Positions 62,515 through 64,000 of a stretch of 64,000 bases of DNA are shown here, one piece after another; position 1 is the stretch's first letter, and every line of letters begins with the position of its first letter. The stretch covers positions 95,606,001-95,670,000 of the forward strand of contig NW_024704742.1 of NCBI RefSeq assembly GCF_018977255.1, in the 5' to 3' direction. The position numbers and the translations under genes were made by a program. Source of the stretch: Callorhinchus milii. Lineage: Eukaryota. The notes beneath the pieces are model-generated. The model was not told the origin of the DNA. It did not search any database and saw only the letters and a list, made by a program, of their open reading frames with translations.

Positions 62515-62880
62515 ACTTAACAGTGGCAGAGCCTGACTCCGAGCCATGGGGTGGGGGGAGATAGCCATAAGCACAGTGGAAGAGGAAGGTTTTCAGGTGG
62601 GACTTGAAAAGGGGGAGAAAGGGGGCAAGGTGGAGGGATTGAGGGAGAGTGTTCCACAGTTTTGCGGCGTAGTAGCTGAAAGCAAGACCTCCAATAGTGG
62701 GGCGGAGGGTGCGAGGGATGAGTAGAAGGCCGGTACCAATGAAGTGGAGGTGCTGAGTGGTGGATTGGGGAGTGAGGAGGTTCGAGAGGTAGGGAGGTGC
62801 CAGAGAGTGAAGGGATTTGTACACAAGTGTGAGGATCTTGAAGTCGATCCGTTCAGTGACGGGGAGCCACTGGAGCCTGG
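62515..62880 (-). mobile_element. L2 3' fragment
   Basis: YKSLHSLAPPYLSNLL...LWNTLPQSL...FKSHLKTFLF. Confidence 0.85.
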
Positions 62881-64000
62881 TCAGAAGTGGTGAGATGTGG
62901 GTATGGAGTTTGGTCAGGTAAGTATGCGGTTGAAGCAGGAAGTGTTGATTTTTTCAAATGCAGATGAGTTTTCTTATAGGAACTAACATTATGGGATATA
63001 ATACATAGGTAGTTCGAGACATATGTGTATGTGATCACCAGGAAGGTGGAAGGCAAACTAAATGGACCTTGATCTTTTTTCATCTAGCGTTTCTTATGCT
63101 CTTGTGTTTTTTTTGAAAGAGATTAGATGAACTTTAAAGATATCATAACAGAGAATATGCTTAGTTCAGTTTTTGGCATTTTTCAGAGGAAAGGTATATA
63201 CAGAGAAAGCACATTAGAAGGTATTGGGAAAAGCAGGTAACTGAGATTAGGATAGGTGGCTTCATGCATCAACACTAATGCAATGGATCAAATGGCCTCC
63301 TCTGAGTTGTGAATTTCTACTTTTTTTGCAAAGCAGAGCAATAAATATCTTTAATTTTTTTGTTCCCCCTAACCCCATCGTTTTTGGAAGAATCCTAATC
63401 TTACCCTTTCTCCAATGTAATGGAGTGTATTTGTTTCAATTTGGGGGAGGGGTGAATGGATGACAGGCTGGAATGTCTGTCTCAGAAGCTGAGCTCAGTC
63501 TGATGCTCTGATGCTTCATTTAAGAGGCAACCTCGAAAACCAGAGAGATCACTTCTCTCAGCAGCCTGTTAATGATCACAGATGAAGTGAGTTACTGTGG
63601 TTTCACTCTGATCCTCAGCCAGCACAAGTACATGAAACAAAGCTGTCCCTAATTTATCAACCTCAACTCAGAGTCTTGCACTGAATTTGTAAGGATGTCG
63701 GTGTCACTTGCCCAGTGTGAGAGGCTGAAGCTACAGTATTGCTAGACCAATATTATGCGGAAATGCCATTAATCCTCTTCCCATGCCCTGGATCTCACTG
63801 ATACACTGAACAGGATGGCAAACTTCCCCCCCACCACCCCACCCAACTCCCTCCCCCTGTCCTTCCCTCCCTCCCCTGCATCCCTCCCCCGCCCCCCTTT
63901 GCCACAATTTTCCACACTTTGTCCGCTCCTTCTTACACCATCTCAAGTGTCCTGGTCCAAGCCTATACTGGAATTGAAAGAGCAATTTAAGCTCTGAATG

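Noticed and set aside
62204..62824. 206-aa - strand ORF
   Set aside because: A chance fusion of an L2 C-terminus with antisense CR1 sequence.

Overview
Repeat-rich vertebrate DNA, intronic or intergenic. The repeat inventory (young L2 LINEs with (TTG)n tails, tRNA-derived SINEs with (TTA)n tails, Deu-domain SINEs, CR1 3' fragments, a Penelope-type hammerhead repeat) points to a cartilaginous fish, probably a chimaera; this is inference. I found no recognisable host protein-coding exon. Every long ORF with a recognisable product belongs to a retroelement: an uninterrupted 459-codon L2 ORF2 RT fragment (5606-6985, -), a decayed near-full-length and apparently single-ORF L2 (~24790-28210, +), and L2/CR1/L1 fossils. 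Most notable signals: (1) two copies of a minimal type I hammerhead ribozyme on the - strand (43386-43422, 45443-45479), one in a 137-bp element with an exact 12-bp target-site duplication; (2) an unclassified ~550-bp non-coding repeat present 7 times, with a shared conserved 3' end; (3) a SINE/L2 3' stem-loop with a compensatory base pair and loop switching; (4) nested insertions, MITEs, a Helitron-like end, a perfect 23-bp hairpin and repeat-free blocks that may be conserved non-coding elements. Boundaries of old repeats were set by eye and are approximate.
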